DNA of 41,476 nt. Origin: Bdellovibrionota bacterium (GTDB lineage Bacteria > Bdellovibrionota_C > UBA2361 > JBGSMV01). Below are positions 8,431-15,794 of the stretch, one piece after another (positions within the stretch are counted from its first letter, which is position 1; each line of letters begins with the position of its first letter). The position numbers and the translations under genes are program-made. The notes under the pieces are model-generated. The model was not told the DNA's origin, made no database searches, and worked only from the letters and a program-made list of their open reading frames with translations. The stretch is taken from assembly GCA_044356455.1 (NCBI GenBank), contig JBIKWF010000031.1, forward strand, positions 1 to 41,476. Reading direction: 5' to 3'.

Positions 8431-9418
8431 CGCCAGTCACTCCTAGACCAAGCTCCTTCATCATTCGCCGGATTTCGACTTGGACCCGATCATCAGTGGA
8501 ATTTTTCTCAGAGAAATAGAGAGAAATCGGGTCAATATATTCTCCTTGCGCAAGCGGCTTCGGATCTCGCTTCCAAAGCTGAAGGCGTAGTTTCCCCTCT
8601 CCAATTTTGGGGAGTGTAACTTTGCCGCTTCTCTTGAGCTGCAAGAATTCGCGCTTGTAGATGGCAGATGTTTTTGGGGGTATTCCAACAATCATCGTGT
8701 AATGCTCTAGGGCAGGGTCCCCAGCGAGAGGCAATTCAAGCGGTAGGCCTGCCAAGTCTATAGACCCGACCACGGGGGAAGTGAGCAGCTTTTGTGCCTT
8801 TTGCCATAGCTCTCTCTTCGTGCCGAATCTCACTTTTTTCTCTGTCCCCTTCTTCTCTAGGGCACAGAGGCCGAGGGTCTCGAGCTCTCGCACCGCACGA
8901 CTAACGGTCATTTGCGTGACGCCGAAAAGTTCCGCCCATTGGTTGCCGGTCATCCCTTCGGTCGCTTCATCAAGAAGACGTTTGATGACGATTGTTTCCG
9001 CCCAAGCAGAGAGATCGGTATCAGTGACCGCATGGCTCCAGCTTTCTTCGAAGACGGGCGTCTCACCAAAAATTCCAAGTTGCGGAGCATGAAGAAACTG
9101 GTCACCGACCAAAAATTGCACCCTGTGCTTTACGAGCCTGCTACGCTCCCTTGGCTTAAGTTCATTGAAGTAAAATATCAGTGGACTCTTCAGCTGCTTC
9201 AAGATGCGGTCATACTGGCGAGCAAGTAGATCAACTCGCGCAGGTGCCCGAACCTCTGCAATGACAAATTCCTTTCCTTTTCCCGCTACTATGCCGCGGT
9301 AGAAATTGAACCCGCCCTTGATAAGCGCATTCATCTGAATCCCAAGAGCCGCCCCACCGACTTCTTTGAGTCGAATCGGCGAAACGAGTTCGCTTAGTGT
9401 TTCGGCTATCATATTCAT
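8423..9418 (-). CDS. MarR-like wHTH regulator, AbiEi-like antitoxin architecture
   Basis: HTH WAELFGVTQMTVSRAVRELETLGL, LAGDPALEHYTMI and C-terminal IDPISLYFS...DDRVQ. Likely start is MNMIAE at 9418 (frame open from 9499). Confidence 0.8.
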   Translation of the reverse strand: MNMIAETLSELVSPIRLKEVGGAALGIQMNALIKGGFNFYRGIVAGKGKEFVIAEVRAPARVDLLARQYDRILKQLKSPLIFYFNELKPRERSRLVKHRVQFLVGDQFLHAPQLGIFGETPVFEESWSHAVTDTDLSAWAETIVIKRLLDEATEGMTGNQWAELFGVTQMTVSRAVRELETLGLCALEKKGTEKKVRFGTKRELWQKAQKLLTSPVVGSIDLAGLPLELPLAGDPALEHYTMIVGIPPKTSAIYKREFLQLKRSGKVTLPKIGEGKLRLQLWKRDPKPLAQGEYIDPISLYFSEKNSTDDRVQVEIRRMMKELGLGVTGDE

Positions 9419-9528
9419 AATTAATATCAATATACTAACATACTCTCGGTCGTAATAACAATTAGATGTTAGAAAGGCTATTTTGGCTCTATAATACACT
9501 TAACATCTGTTATTTTAGTGACTTGTGT

Positions 9529-9772
9529 CCCGTCACCTAAAGGTGCCGCGGCCGTGGGCCCGTCCCCTACCGCCTCCTACCGGAGGCGAGTCTCGGCCCC
9601 TTTAGGGGACGGAAAGGGGCCGCGGCTTACGTCCGTCCTCTGAAGAGGCCGCGACTTACGCCCGTCCTCTAAAAAAGCCGTGGCTTAGGCCCGGGGATGA
9701 TGACCGCGCTGATTAGTTGGACCGGGTGCACCCTCAAGTGACGGACAGGGTCTCGACACCTTCAGGTGACGG
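9529..9772. repeat. CGTC-tagged REP-like cluster, about seven units in both orientations
   Basis: CCGTCACCTAAAGGTGCC, CCGTCCCCTACCGCC, inverted GGCCCCTTTAGGGGACGG, CCGTCCTCTGAAGAGGCC, CCGTCCTCTAAAAAAGCC, and inverted ...CAAGTGACGG and CACCTTCAGGTGACGG. Confidence 0.85.
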
Positions 9773-9777
9773 AAGCT

Positions 9778-10086
9778 CTACTCCCTAAGCGTAATCACCT
9801 TCCCATCAATCTCGAGCCTAACCTTAGCTCCAAGCGCCGCAGTGAGCTCAAAGAGAGTGCTAAGTCTGATATTCGCCTTCTTACCCGAACGAATGCCTTG
9901 AATGACCGTTGGTGACACGCCAACCTCTCGCGCAAGTTCCCTTACCGAGATAGCGGACTGCTCCATGAGCGCGAGGACAACTTCCGACAAGCAAAGCTCT
10001 TTGTACTCCTTTTCAACAAGCTTTCTGCGCTTGGGAACGGAAACAAACTCTTCGTAATCGCTCTTATATTGGGGAGAACGCTTCAT
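9778..10086 (-). CDS. XRE-family HTH antitoxin (HigA-like)
   Basis: ISVRELAREVGVSPTVIQGIRSG...NIRLSTL. Start MKRSP at 10086 overlaps the toxin 3' end. Confidence 0.88.
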   Translation of the reverse strand: MKRSPQYKSDYEEFVSVPKRRKLVEKEYKELCLSEVVLALMEQSAISVRELAREVGVSPTVIQGIRSGKKANIRLSTLFELTAALGAKVRLEIDGKVITLRE

Positions 10087-10456
10087 AGTATTTCCTCTCT
10101 TTGACTCGCCTCTCATAGTCCTGTTTTGCTCGGAGCGCTTTTTCTTTTTCTGCCGCAGGTAGCTTTTGGGTCTTCTTATGAAAGCCATTAGTTATGATGA
10201 CCTTACGACCCGTAAAGAAGAAACAAAGGAAGCGCTCCGGCTGCGGCTTAAAGGCAAAGATCTTCTCCCCTTCATTACGAAATTTTGTGTCATTCCGAAT
10301 TGAACCACTATCCCCAAGTCTTTGGGCCAACGCGAGCAAAGCAGCTTTTCTATCGTCAGAGAGACCGAGGAAGAACTCACGGGCGTCGCTTTTCCCCTTC
10401 TCGTCATAGTACCACTCGATGGTAAAAGCGGGGCCTTGATAAAGAATTAACCTCAT
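10064..10456 (-). CDS. RelE/ParE-family (HigB/Gp49-like) toxin
   Basis: IFAFKPQPERFLCFF and ITNGFHKKTQKLP motifs. Toxin-first order with an HTH antitoxin. Confidence 0.9.
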   Translation of the reverse strand: MRLILYQGPAFTIEWYYDEKGKSDAREFFLGLSDDRKAALLALAQRLGDSGSIRNDTKFRNEGEKIFAFKPQPERFLCFFFTGRKVIITNGFHKKTQKLPAAEKEKALRAKQDYERRVKERKYYEAFSPI

Positions 10457-10510
10457 CTTACCACATTCCCTTAGTGTATCAGTTTAGTGTTACAAAAGCA
10501 AGCTGCGCAT

Positions 10511-10789
10511 TCACCGCGAGCACGCACCATCCAGTTCACTCTCCCCACTGCCGAAGTGCCGAATCTGAAAGCGGCGGCCGGCGTGGGTTTTGAGGTAGTA
10601 CTCAAAGGCGTCGGCTTTTTCTTTTTCTTCGAATGCGAGGTAGGTCGTTAATTTCCAGGGGCGGTGGGTTGCGGTGTGGGGAGAGTCGCCGCGGTTGTGT
10701 TCTTGGAAGCGGCGTTTGAGGTTGTTGGTGGTGCCGATGTAGTGCTGGGTGGGGGTGGTTAGGCTTTGGAGGATGTATACGTAGTGCAT
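10511..10789 (-). CDS. Small GIY-YIG nuclease family protein
   Basis: YVYILQS...HYIGTT.NL.RR..EHN.G, RPWKL and FEYYLK motifs of stand-alone ~90-aa GIY-YIG proteins. Confidence 0.93.
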   Translation of the reverse strand: MHYVYILQSLTTPTQHYIGTTNNLKRRFQEHNRGDSPHTATHRPWKLTTYLAFEEKEKADAFEYYLKTHAGRRFQIRHFGSGESELDGACSR

Positions 10790-11200
10790 GGTGGGGCTTT
10801 ATCGGCGGAGGCGGGTTAGAGTTTCTTGGTGGGTTGTTTGCTTGCCCGTCCCCTCAAGGGGCCGCGGCCACCCGTCACGAGGCGGTTGGGGACAGATCCG
10901 TGGCTCCATTGGGTGACGGGTGGGATGTATACGTAGTGCATGGTGGGGCTTTATCGGCGGAGAAAGGCTAGACTTTCTTGGGAGACAGGGTCGCGGCACC
11001 TTTAGGTGACGGACGTAGTGCATGGTGGGGCTTTTATCGGCGGAGGCGGGTTAGAGTTTCTTGGTGGTTTGTTTGCTTGCCCGTCCCCTCAAGGGGCCGC
11101 GGCCACCCGTCACGGGGACGGGTGGGGTCGCGGCACCTTTAGGTGACGGACGTAGTGCATAGGGCTACGTTATCGGGGGTGGTGTGAGAGAGTTTCTTGG
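10771..11200 (-). repeat. Four tandem copies of the GIY-YIG promoter/start segment
   Basis: Minus-strand CCAAGAAAsTCT...CCGATAA-N9/10-ATGCACTACGT at 10771-10829, 10923-10981, 11013-11064 and 11150-11200. 10779-10879 is nearly identical to 11013-11114. Confidence 0.9.
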
Positions 11201-11346
11201 GGGGGGGGGAATTGTCCGTACGTCCCCTAAAGGGGCCGTGACTTGCGTTCGGGGAAGTTGAGCACGGTAATTTTGTTTTGTTGAGGAGGTTGGATTAGGT
11301 GAGCAGCGGTGGCGCTTCTTGCCCGTCCCCTGAAGGGGCCGCGGCC
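10845..11346. repeat. CGTC-tagged REP-like units interleaved with the tandem copies
   Basis: CCGTCCCCT(C/A/G)AAGGGGCCG(C/T)G near 10846, 11081, 11221 and 11323. Inverted GGGTCGCGGCACCTTTAGGTGACGG at 10988-11012 and 11125-11149. Confidence 0.88.
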
Positions 11347-11405
11347 AACCTCCCATTTCAATTTGAGAGGAGCTTCGCTCTTCTCAAATTGAAATGGGAG
11401 GTTGG
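11345..11405. repeat. 29-bp-arm palindrome overlapping the tRNA CCA end
   Basis: CCAACCTCCCATTTCAATTTGAGAGGAGC-ttc-GCTCTTCTCAAATTGAAATGGGAGGTTGG, one mismatch. Confidence 0.85.
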
Positions 11406-11479
11406 GGTGGCTGACGGGGATCGAACCCGCGACAACCGGAACCACAATCCGGGGCTCTACCAGCTGAGCTACAGCCACC
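11403..11479 (-). tRNA. tRNA-His (GTG)
   Basis: Cloverleaf GGTGGCTGTAGCTCAGCTGGTAGAGC-CCGGA-TTGTGGT-TCCGG...GGTTCGATCC...CAGCCACCCCA. GTG anticodon, G-1, C discriminator and encoded CCA. Confidence 0.97.
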
Positions 11480-11483
11480 ACAT

Positions 11484-11556
11484 CCGTCACCTAAAGGTGC
11501 CGATACCTTGTCCAACCGTCGTCGTGACGGATGGCCGCGGCTCCTTTAGGCGGGAC
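11484..11556. repeat. Inverted REP doublet immediately 5' of tRNA-His
   Basis: CCGTCACCTAAAGGTGCCG, an inner CCGTC/GACGG hairpin, and inverted GGCCGCGGCTCCTTTAGGCGGGAC. Confidence 0.75.
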
Positions 11557-11682
11557 CCGTGCACTATCCCCCAAGAGCCCCTCCCAATTCAAGCCTCCCC
11601 GCCCCTCAAAAGAGGTAAATATTCTGACTCTTAGCCTACTTGCCCGGTCTTTGCCGCTCTCTAAAGGTTTATTCGGCGACTC

Positions 11683-12783
11683 TTAGGCCGCCGCTAGTAC
11701 ATTCCCCGGCAACCTTTGAAGAGCTCCCGCGAGTTCGAGGTCGATGAGACGGATCTCTAGCTCGTCGTCCTCTGAGAATGCGCGCCTTAGATCTTCAAGG
11801 GAGGTTGGTCCTTGTTCTTTAAGATACGAGACGATTGCATTCTCTGGTCTATCGGTAGAGCTCCTGTCTTGGACTTTTTGCGCCGCTTTGTATTCTGGGA
11901 AATATTCGAGAATGTCCTCAGGCCCCGTAACTAGTCCTGCTCCTTGTTTAAGGAGCGCGTTGGATCCTTCATACCGCGGGTCGTCTATGCTGCCGGGGAC
12001 TACGAGGACTTCTCTCCCCTCCTCTAGTCCAAAACGTGCGGTGGCGAGGGAGCCGCTTCGGGCGGTGGCTTGGACTACGACTACTGCTCGCGAGAGTCCG
12101 GCGATGACGCGGTTTCGTTCTAAGAAATAGCCGGGAAGTGGCGCTGTTTCTGGGGGAAACTGGCTTAAGAGTATGCCGCCTTCTTCTAGAATCTGGGAAG
12201 CGAGCGGCTCATGGCTTTGTGGATAGAGATAATTAAGTCCATGCCCAAGGACGGCAACGGTCGGGGTCCGGGCGTCAAGGGCTCCGCGGTGCGCGGCGGC
12301 GTCTATGCCTACGGCGAGTCCGCTCACGACTAGTACTCCTCGCTCTGCGAGAGCTTTAGAAAGTTGGCGGGCAATGCTGATGCCTGAGATGTCGGCTTTT
12401 CTTGAGCCAACTACGGCGGCGCTTGGAGCGGAGAGAATTTCGTGGGGAGCGTTTTCAGTGGAGGCGTTGCTTGTTCGCGCAAAGAGCGCAAGCGGCGGGC
12501 GATAGAGCGCGCGAAGCTGCGCGGGATAGTCGGAGTCGCTCCAGGTTATGACCTCGGTGTTTTTGGCTTGGCAGGTTTCTATGAGCTTTTCGGCTTTTTC
12601 TCTAAGGAGGACGGAGGCGCTGCGTTCGAGGAGTTCGTTTGCGACGGGCTCGGCTTCGGCGCTGGCCAGGGCGGCCTGCGCGAGGCTTTTGGCCTTCTTG
12701 GCTTCTTTTTCGAACCACTTCCAACAGAACTTAGGGGCCTGGAAGGCGATTAGGTCAAAGAGCTTATTTTCGTGGGATATCAT
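11683..12783 (-). CDS. dprA: DNA-processing protein DprA
   Basis: YPAQL...PPLALF, AVVGSR, VVSGLAVGIDAAAHRGAL, RNRVIAGLS, SGSLATA and GSNALLKQGA motifs, plus a C-terminal wHTH. Confidence 0.96.
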   Translation of the reverse strand: MISHENKLFDLIAFQAPKFCWKWFEKEAKKAKSLAQAALASAEAEPVANELLERSASVLLREKAEKLIETCQAKNTEVITWSDSDYPAQLRALYRPPLALFARTSNASTENAPHEILSAPSAAVVGSRKADISGISIARQLSKALAERGVLVVSGLAVGIDAAAHRGALDARTPTVAVLGHGLNYLYPQSHEPLASQILEEGGILLSQFPPETAPLPGYFLERNRVIAGLSRAVVVVQATARSGSLATARFGLEEGREVLVVPGSIDDPRYEGSNALLKQGAGLVTGPEDILEYFPEYKAAQKVQDRSSTDRPENAIVSYLKEQGPTSLEDLRRAFSEDDELEIRLIDLELAGALQRLPGNVLAAA

Positions 12784-12897
12784 AGGTACTATCAGTGTTT
12801 TTAGGGGTTTATCCTTTGGCTTGGGGCAGCCCTCTTAGCGCTTCGCCTGGCGGCCCCACCCTCTATCGGAAATTTCCGCAGAAAGTTCCCTAAACTA

Positions 12898-12925
12898 TCA
12901 AGAAAACTAGGCTCTTCTGCCGATA
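12898..12925 (+). promoter_or_regulatory. Sigma28 (FliA)-like promoter
   Basis: TCAAG-N16-GCCGATA 32 nt upstream of ATG 12958. Similar motifs precede four other genes. Confidence 0.55.
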
Positions 12926-12957
12926 GACCTAAGGTCGGGGGACTACGGGAAGCTTTC

Positions 12958-14916
12958 ATGGCTGGGGAAAGTCAGCACAATACCGAACCACTTTTTGAGC
13001 TGGTCTATGAGGGACCATGCGACGATGCGCCGCGCACGCTGCAGCTTATTAAGGGTGTGTTCGTAGCGGATCTCAATTTCCCTATTCCTGAGGTGCAGAG
13101 AATTCTTGAGCATGCGCCGGCGACGATTGCGAGCGGGTCTTCGGAATCAGAATTAAAAGAACAGTTTTCAAAACTTAAATCTGCCGGCGCGCGGGTGCTA
13201 ATTGTTAAGCGCGGAGATGAGGGCGGAAGTGAGGAGCCGGGAGATCTTCTGCAAAGACTGCTTTCCGAAGCTGAGCAAAACGTTTCTGATGATGAAGAAG
13301 AGGATTCGGCGCCTCCCCAAGCTGAAGAAGCGGATATTAGCTTTGAGTTTGACCTCGATGCGGAGTCGCACACGGCAACGCGCCCGAAACAACCTGCGGG
13401 CGGAAAGGTTTACGCTCTCGACCTCGATGAAAGCGAGAATCCGGATGAGCTCCTTGCGGAGCTAACGGGAAAGGTTGAGGCGCCAGTACTTGATCTCACC
13501 TCGCCTGCGCCGGTGGCTCCAAAAGCGGCGGAGATAGTCCCGGAGCCTGCTCCACAAAAGCCAGACACTACCTCGGGCGGACTTACGCTGCTTGGAGAAG
13601 AGGAACTAAGAGAGTTCCACAAGGCGCGCGGCGGTGCGCTTGATGAGTCTCACGAGGCGCACAAGTCTTATGAGGAAGAGAATCCGTTCGAGGATCTTGA
13701 GGACACTCTAAAGGAAGCCCTGCACTCGGATGCGAGAGAGAGTCAAAGGCAGGCGGAGACGGCTGCTTCAAACGAGGCAAAGGAAGTAGCGCTCGTGCTT
13801 TCGGAAGTTTCATTGGATCTGACCTCGGAAGAGAGTGAAAGTAAGAAGCCTACGCCGCCTGCGGCGACCGCTCAGCCAAGTCCAAGTGCCGCAAAGCCAA
13901 AGGGTGTTATTCCTGCTCCTTCTGCGATGGAATTTGCTTTTGATGTGGCAGAGGAAGAGCCCGCGGTAGCGGCGGCGCCCCCTCCCCCACCTTCGCAAAA
14001 GCCACCGGCGGCTCCGGCTCCATCTGATCTTTCCTTTGAAGCTGCTGAGCCTGCTGCGGCGAGTGCGCCCGCTTCTCACCAGGCTACTGCTCCACAGTCT
14101 GCTTCTCCACAGGCTACTTCTCCACAGGCTACTTCTCAGGCTGCGCCTGCGGCGGCGTCTGCTCGCCCCGCAACTACGGCTCAAAATGCTCCTCAGGCTT
14201 CCGCGGTAGAAGCCGAAGACGCGGCAACCCTTGCTCGCCCAGCGGCGGTGAGTCCGGTGCGCAAGAAGAAGAGTTTCCAGCGCTCAGCGCTCGAATTTGG
14301 GCTTCCGATTCTGGTGGGGACTTTGGTTCTTGCGGCGGCGAATTGGGCCTACTTTGGAAATGCTCCGGCTCCTACACAAACGGGCGGGCTTCTTGTAAAG
14401 GCTTCGGATCTTGCCGCTTCTTCTTCGGCTTCTACGAAAAGTGCGGCGCCCGTACCGATTAGAAAGTGGCTCGTCACTGAAACCTATCCAGATAGGCGCG
14501 TAGAGGCGCGCATTCAAGAAGTGCTTGATAAAAAGGTGCTCGGGCAAATTACGCTTACGAGTCCGCCGCAGCGCTCACGCACGAATGAAGAAATTGCGCA
14601 GAATGTAAAACTTCCGCCTTGGCTCAAACGTTTTGAGGTTTCTAATCTTGTGATGAAACCCAACGTTGATAACGCAAAGCTCTTTTCGATTGAGGGGCCG
14701 GCATTTTTCTATATTGAATACGATGGGAAATCCCAGCGCTATGTGGGGCGCATCAATGCTACGGTGCACCAGTCAGCCGATGCACAGATGTTTTCCCTCA
14801 CGTACCAGGCCCAGCTTGGGGTCTTTAATCAAAGCGCTGAGTCGACCTTTGCGGTCGCGCGCTCGGAGGATGGCTCGTTCTCGGCGTTTGTGAGCGGGGA
14901 GCTTGAGCTTAAGTAG
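12958..14916 (+). CDS. Hypothetical single-pass membrane protein with a long acidic, Pro/Ala-rich linker
   Basis: Compact ~85-aa N-terminal domain, long low-complexity region, TM helix (FGLPILVGTLVLAAANWAYF) and a beta-rich C-terminal domain. Confidence 0.85.
   Translation: MAGESQHNTEPLFELVYEGPCDDAPRTLQLIKGVFVADLNFPIPEVQRILEHAPATIASGSSESELKEQFSKLKSAGARVLIVKRGDEGGSEEPGDLLQRLLSEAEQNVSDDEEEDSAPPQAEEADISFEFDLDAESHTATRPKQPAGGKVYALDLDESENPDELLAELTGKVEAPVLDLTSPAPVAPKAAEIVPEPAPQKPDTTSGGLTLLGEEELREFHKARGGALDESHEAHKSYEEENPFEDLEDTLKEALHSDARESQRQAETAASNEAKEVALVLSEVSLDLTSEESESKKPTPPAATAQPSPSAAKPKGVIPAPSAMEFAFDVAEEEPAVAAAPPPPPSQKPPAAPAPSDLSFEAAEPAAASAPASHQATAPQSASPQATSPQATSQAAPAAASARPATTAQNAPQASAVEAEDAATLARPAAVSPVRKKKSFQRSALEFGLPILVGTLVLAAANWAYFGNAPAPTQTGGLLVKASDLAASSSASTKSAAPVPIRKWLVTETYPDRRVEARIQEVLDKKVLGQITLTSPPQRSRTNEEIAQNVKLPPWLKRFEVSNLVMKPNVDNAKLFSIEGPAFFYIEYDGKSQRYVGRINATVHQSADAQMFSLTYQAQLGVFNQSAESTFAVARSEDGSFSAFVSGELELK
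14080..14142 (+). repeat. In-frame 15-bp tandem repeat (QATSP x4)
   Basis: CAGGCTACT(G/T)CTCCA-like units repeated about four times. Confidence 0.8.
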
Positions 14917-14951
14917 CGGGGCGAGTGCTCGTGCTCCGTGTTAATTTCCTG

Positions 14952-15080
14952 GGAGCCTCTGAAAAACCTCGATATTCTATTTTTTGTCTCTGTGAACTCT
15001 GTGCCCTCTGTGGTTTTTCAACGATATAAATCAACCACAGAGGGCACAGAGTTCACAGAGCAGGCTTTTTCAGAGATTCC
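14952..15080 (+). mobile_element. ~130-bp MITE, subtype I
   Basis: TIRs GGAGCCTCTGAAAAA/TTTTTCAGAGATTCC, internal CTCTGTG-repeat hairpin. Right flank CTAA; left flank eroded. Confidence 0.85.
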
Positions 15081-15092
15081 CTAAGAAGCGAA

Positions 15093-15647
15093 TTACGCCG
15101 CGCGCTTTTTGGAGCGTGCTTCAGGCTTGCGTGCTGGTTTAGCGGCAGGCTTTTTACTGGTAATCTTGCTTGGCGCGCTTGGCTTTTTAGGGCTGCTTGC
15201 GGGCGCAGGCTTCTTGCCTTTTGGAGCCGGGGCTTCTGGCTCTTCTTTGGCACCTTTGATTTTTGATTTCTTGGGCGCGGCCGGAAGGTCGTCGTCATCA
15301 AGATCTTCGTCAAGGTCGATGTCTTCATCGATCACGATGTCGTCATCTATAACATCCTCGTCGTCGAGATCTTCGTCTTTGCCCTTCTTGGTAACTTCGG
15401 GCTCATCATCATCGGAGGAGGTAACTACAGGTTCGTCGTCCTTCTCGGGCTTGGCCTTCTCTTCTTCTCCGTCCTCACTCTTTATTTCACCAAGCGTCAC
15501 GCGCTGGTTCTCAAGCCGGTCCTTAATGACGGCGAGCTCCTGCTTTTTACTCGACCAGGTGAGTCCATCGATACTGTAAAGGGTCACCGTGTTGGGCCCA
15601 AAACGCACCGTCTTTGTGAGGTATTTCAGCTTCTTGGCATCGGACAT
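15093..15647 (-). CDS. Hypothetical protein with Asp/Glu-rich tract and Lys/Ala/Pro-rich tail
   Basis: 184-aa ORF with SD AGGGG. Folded-looking N-terminal ~55 aa followed by charge-segregated low-complexity sequence. Confidence 0.8.
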   Translation of the reverse strand: MSDAKKLKYLTKTVRFGPNTVTLYSIDGLTWSSKKQELAVIKDRLENQRVTLGEIKSEDGEEEKAKPEKDDEPVVTSSDDDEPEVTKKGKDEDLDDEDVIDDDIVIDEDIDLDEDLDDDDLPAAPKKSKIKGAKEEPEAPAPKGKKPAPASSPKKPSAPSKITSKKPAAKPARKPEARSKKRAA

Positions 15648-15794
15648 GGGAAAACCCCTTACAAGCTAACTAGTTTCTATGATGACATGCTTCCGCTGGG
15701 AGGTTCTCAAAGTGACTGCTCTCGTGTACGCTCCACCCAGCGCATTTCTTGGGGCCCAAGAGCCCAAAGAATACTAACTATTTTAATAGGTTAT

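Noticed and set aside
10087..10188. 136-aa version of the HTH antitoxin
   Set aside because: The extension lies inside the toxin gene. ATG 10086 has an AGAGG SD and gives a normal-sized antitoxin.
10771..11346. CRISPR-like or guide array beside the nuclease
   Set aside because: The segments between repeats are themselves REP variants. For example, 10879-10920 is a degenerate inverted copy of the 6734/9529 unit, so there are no unique spacers.
1..11400. Integrase-driven island or integron with attL/attC sites
   Set aside because: No integrase, no duplicated tRNA 3' end and no convincing attC structures in the window. Genes point in both directions. The far boundary may lie outside the window.
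10799..11634. ORFs 10799..11023, 11165..11356, 11227..11490 and 11299..11634
   Set aside because: They are translations of REP repeats, the palindrome and the tRNA, with no protein-like signal.
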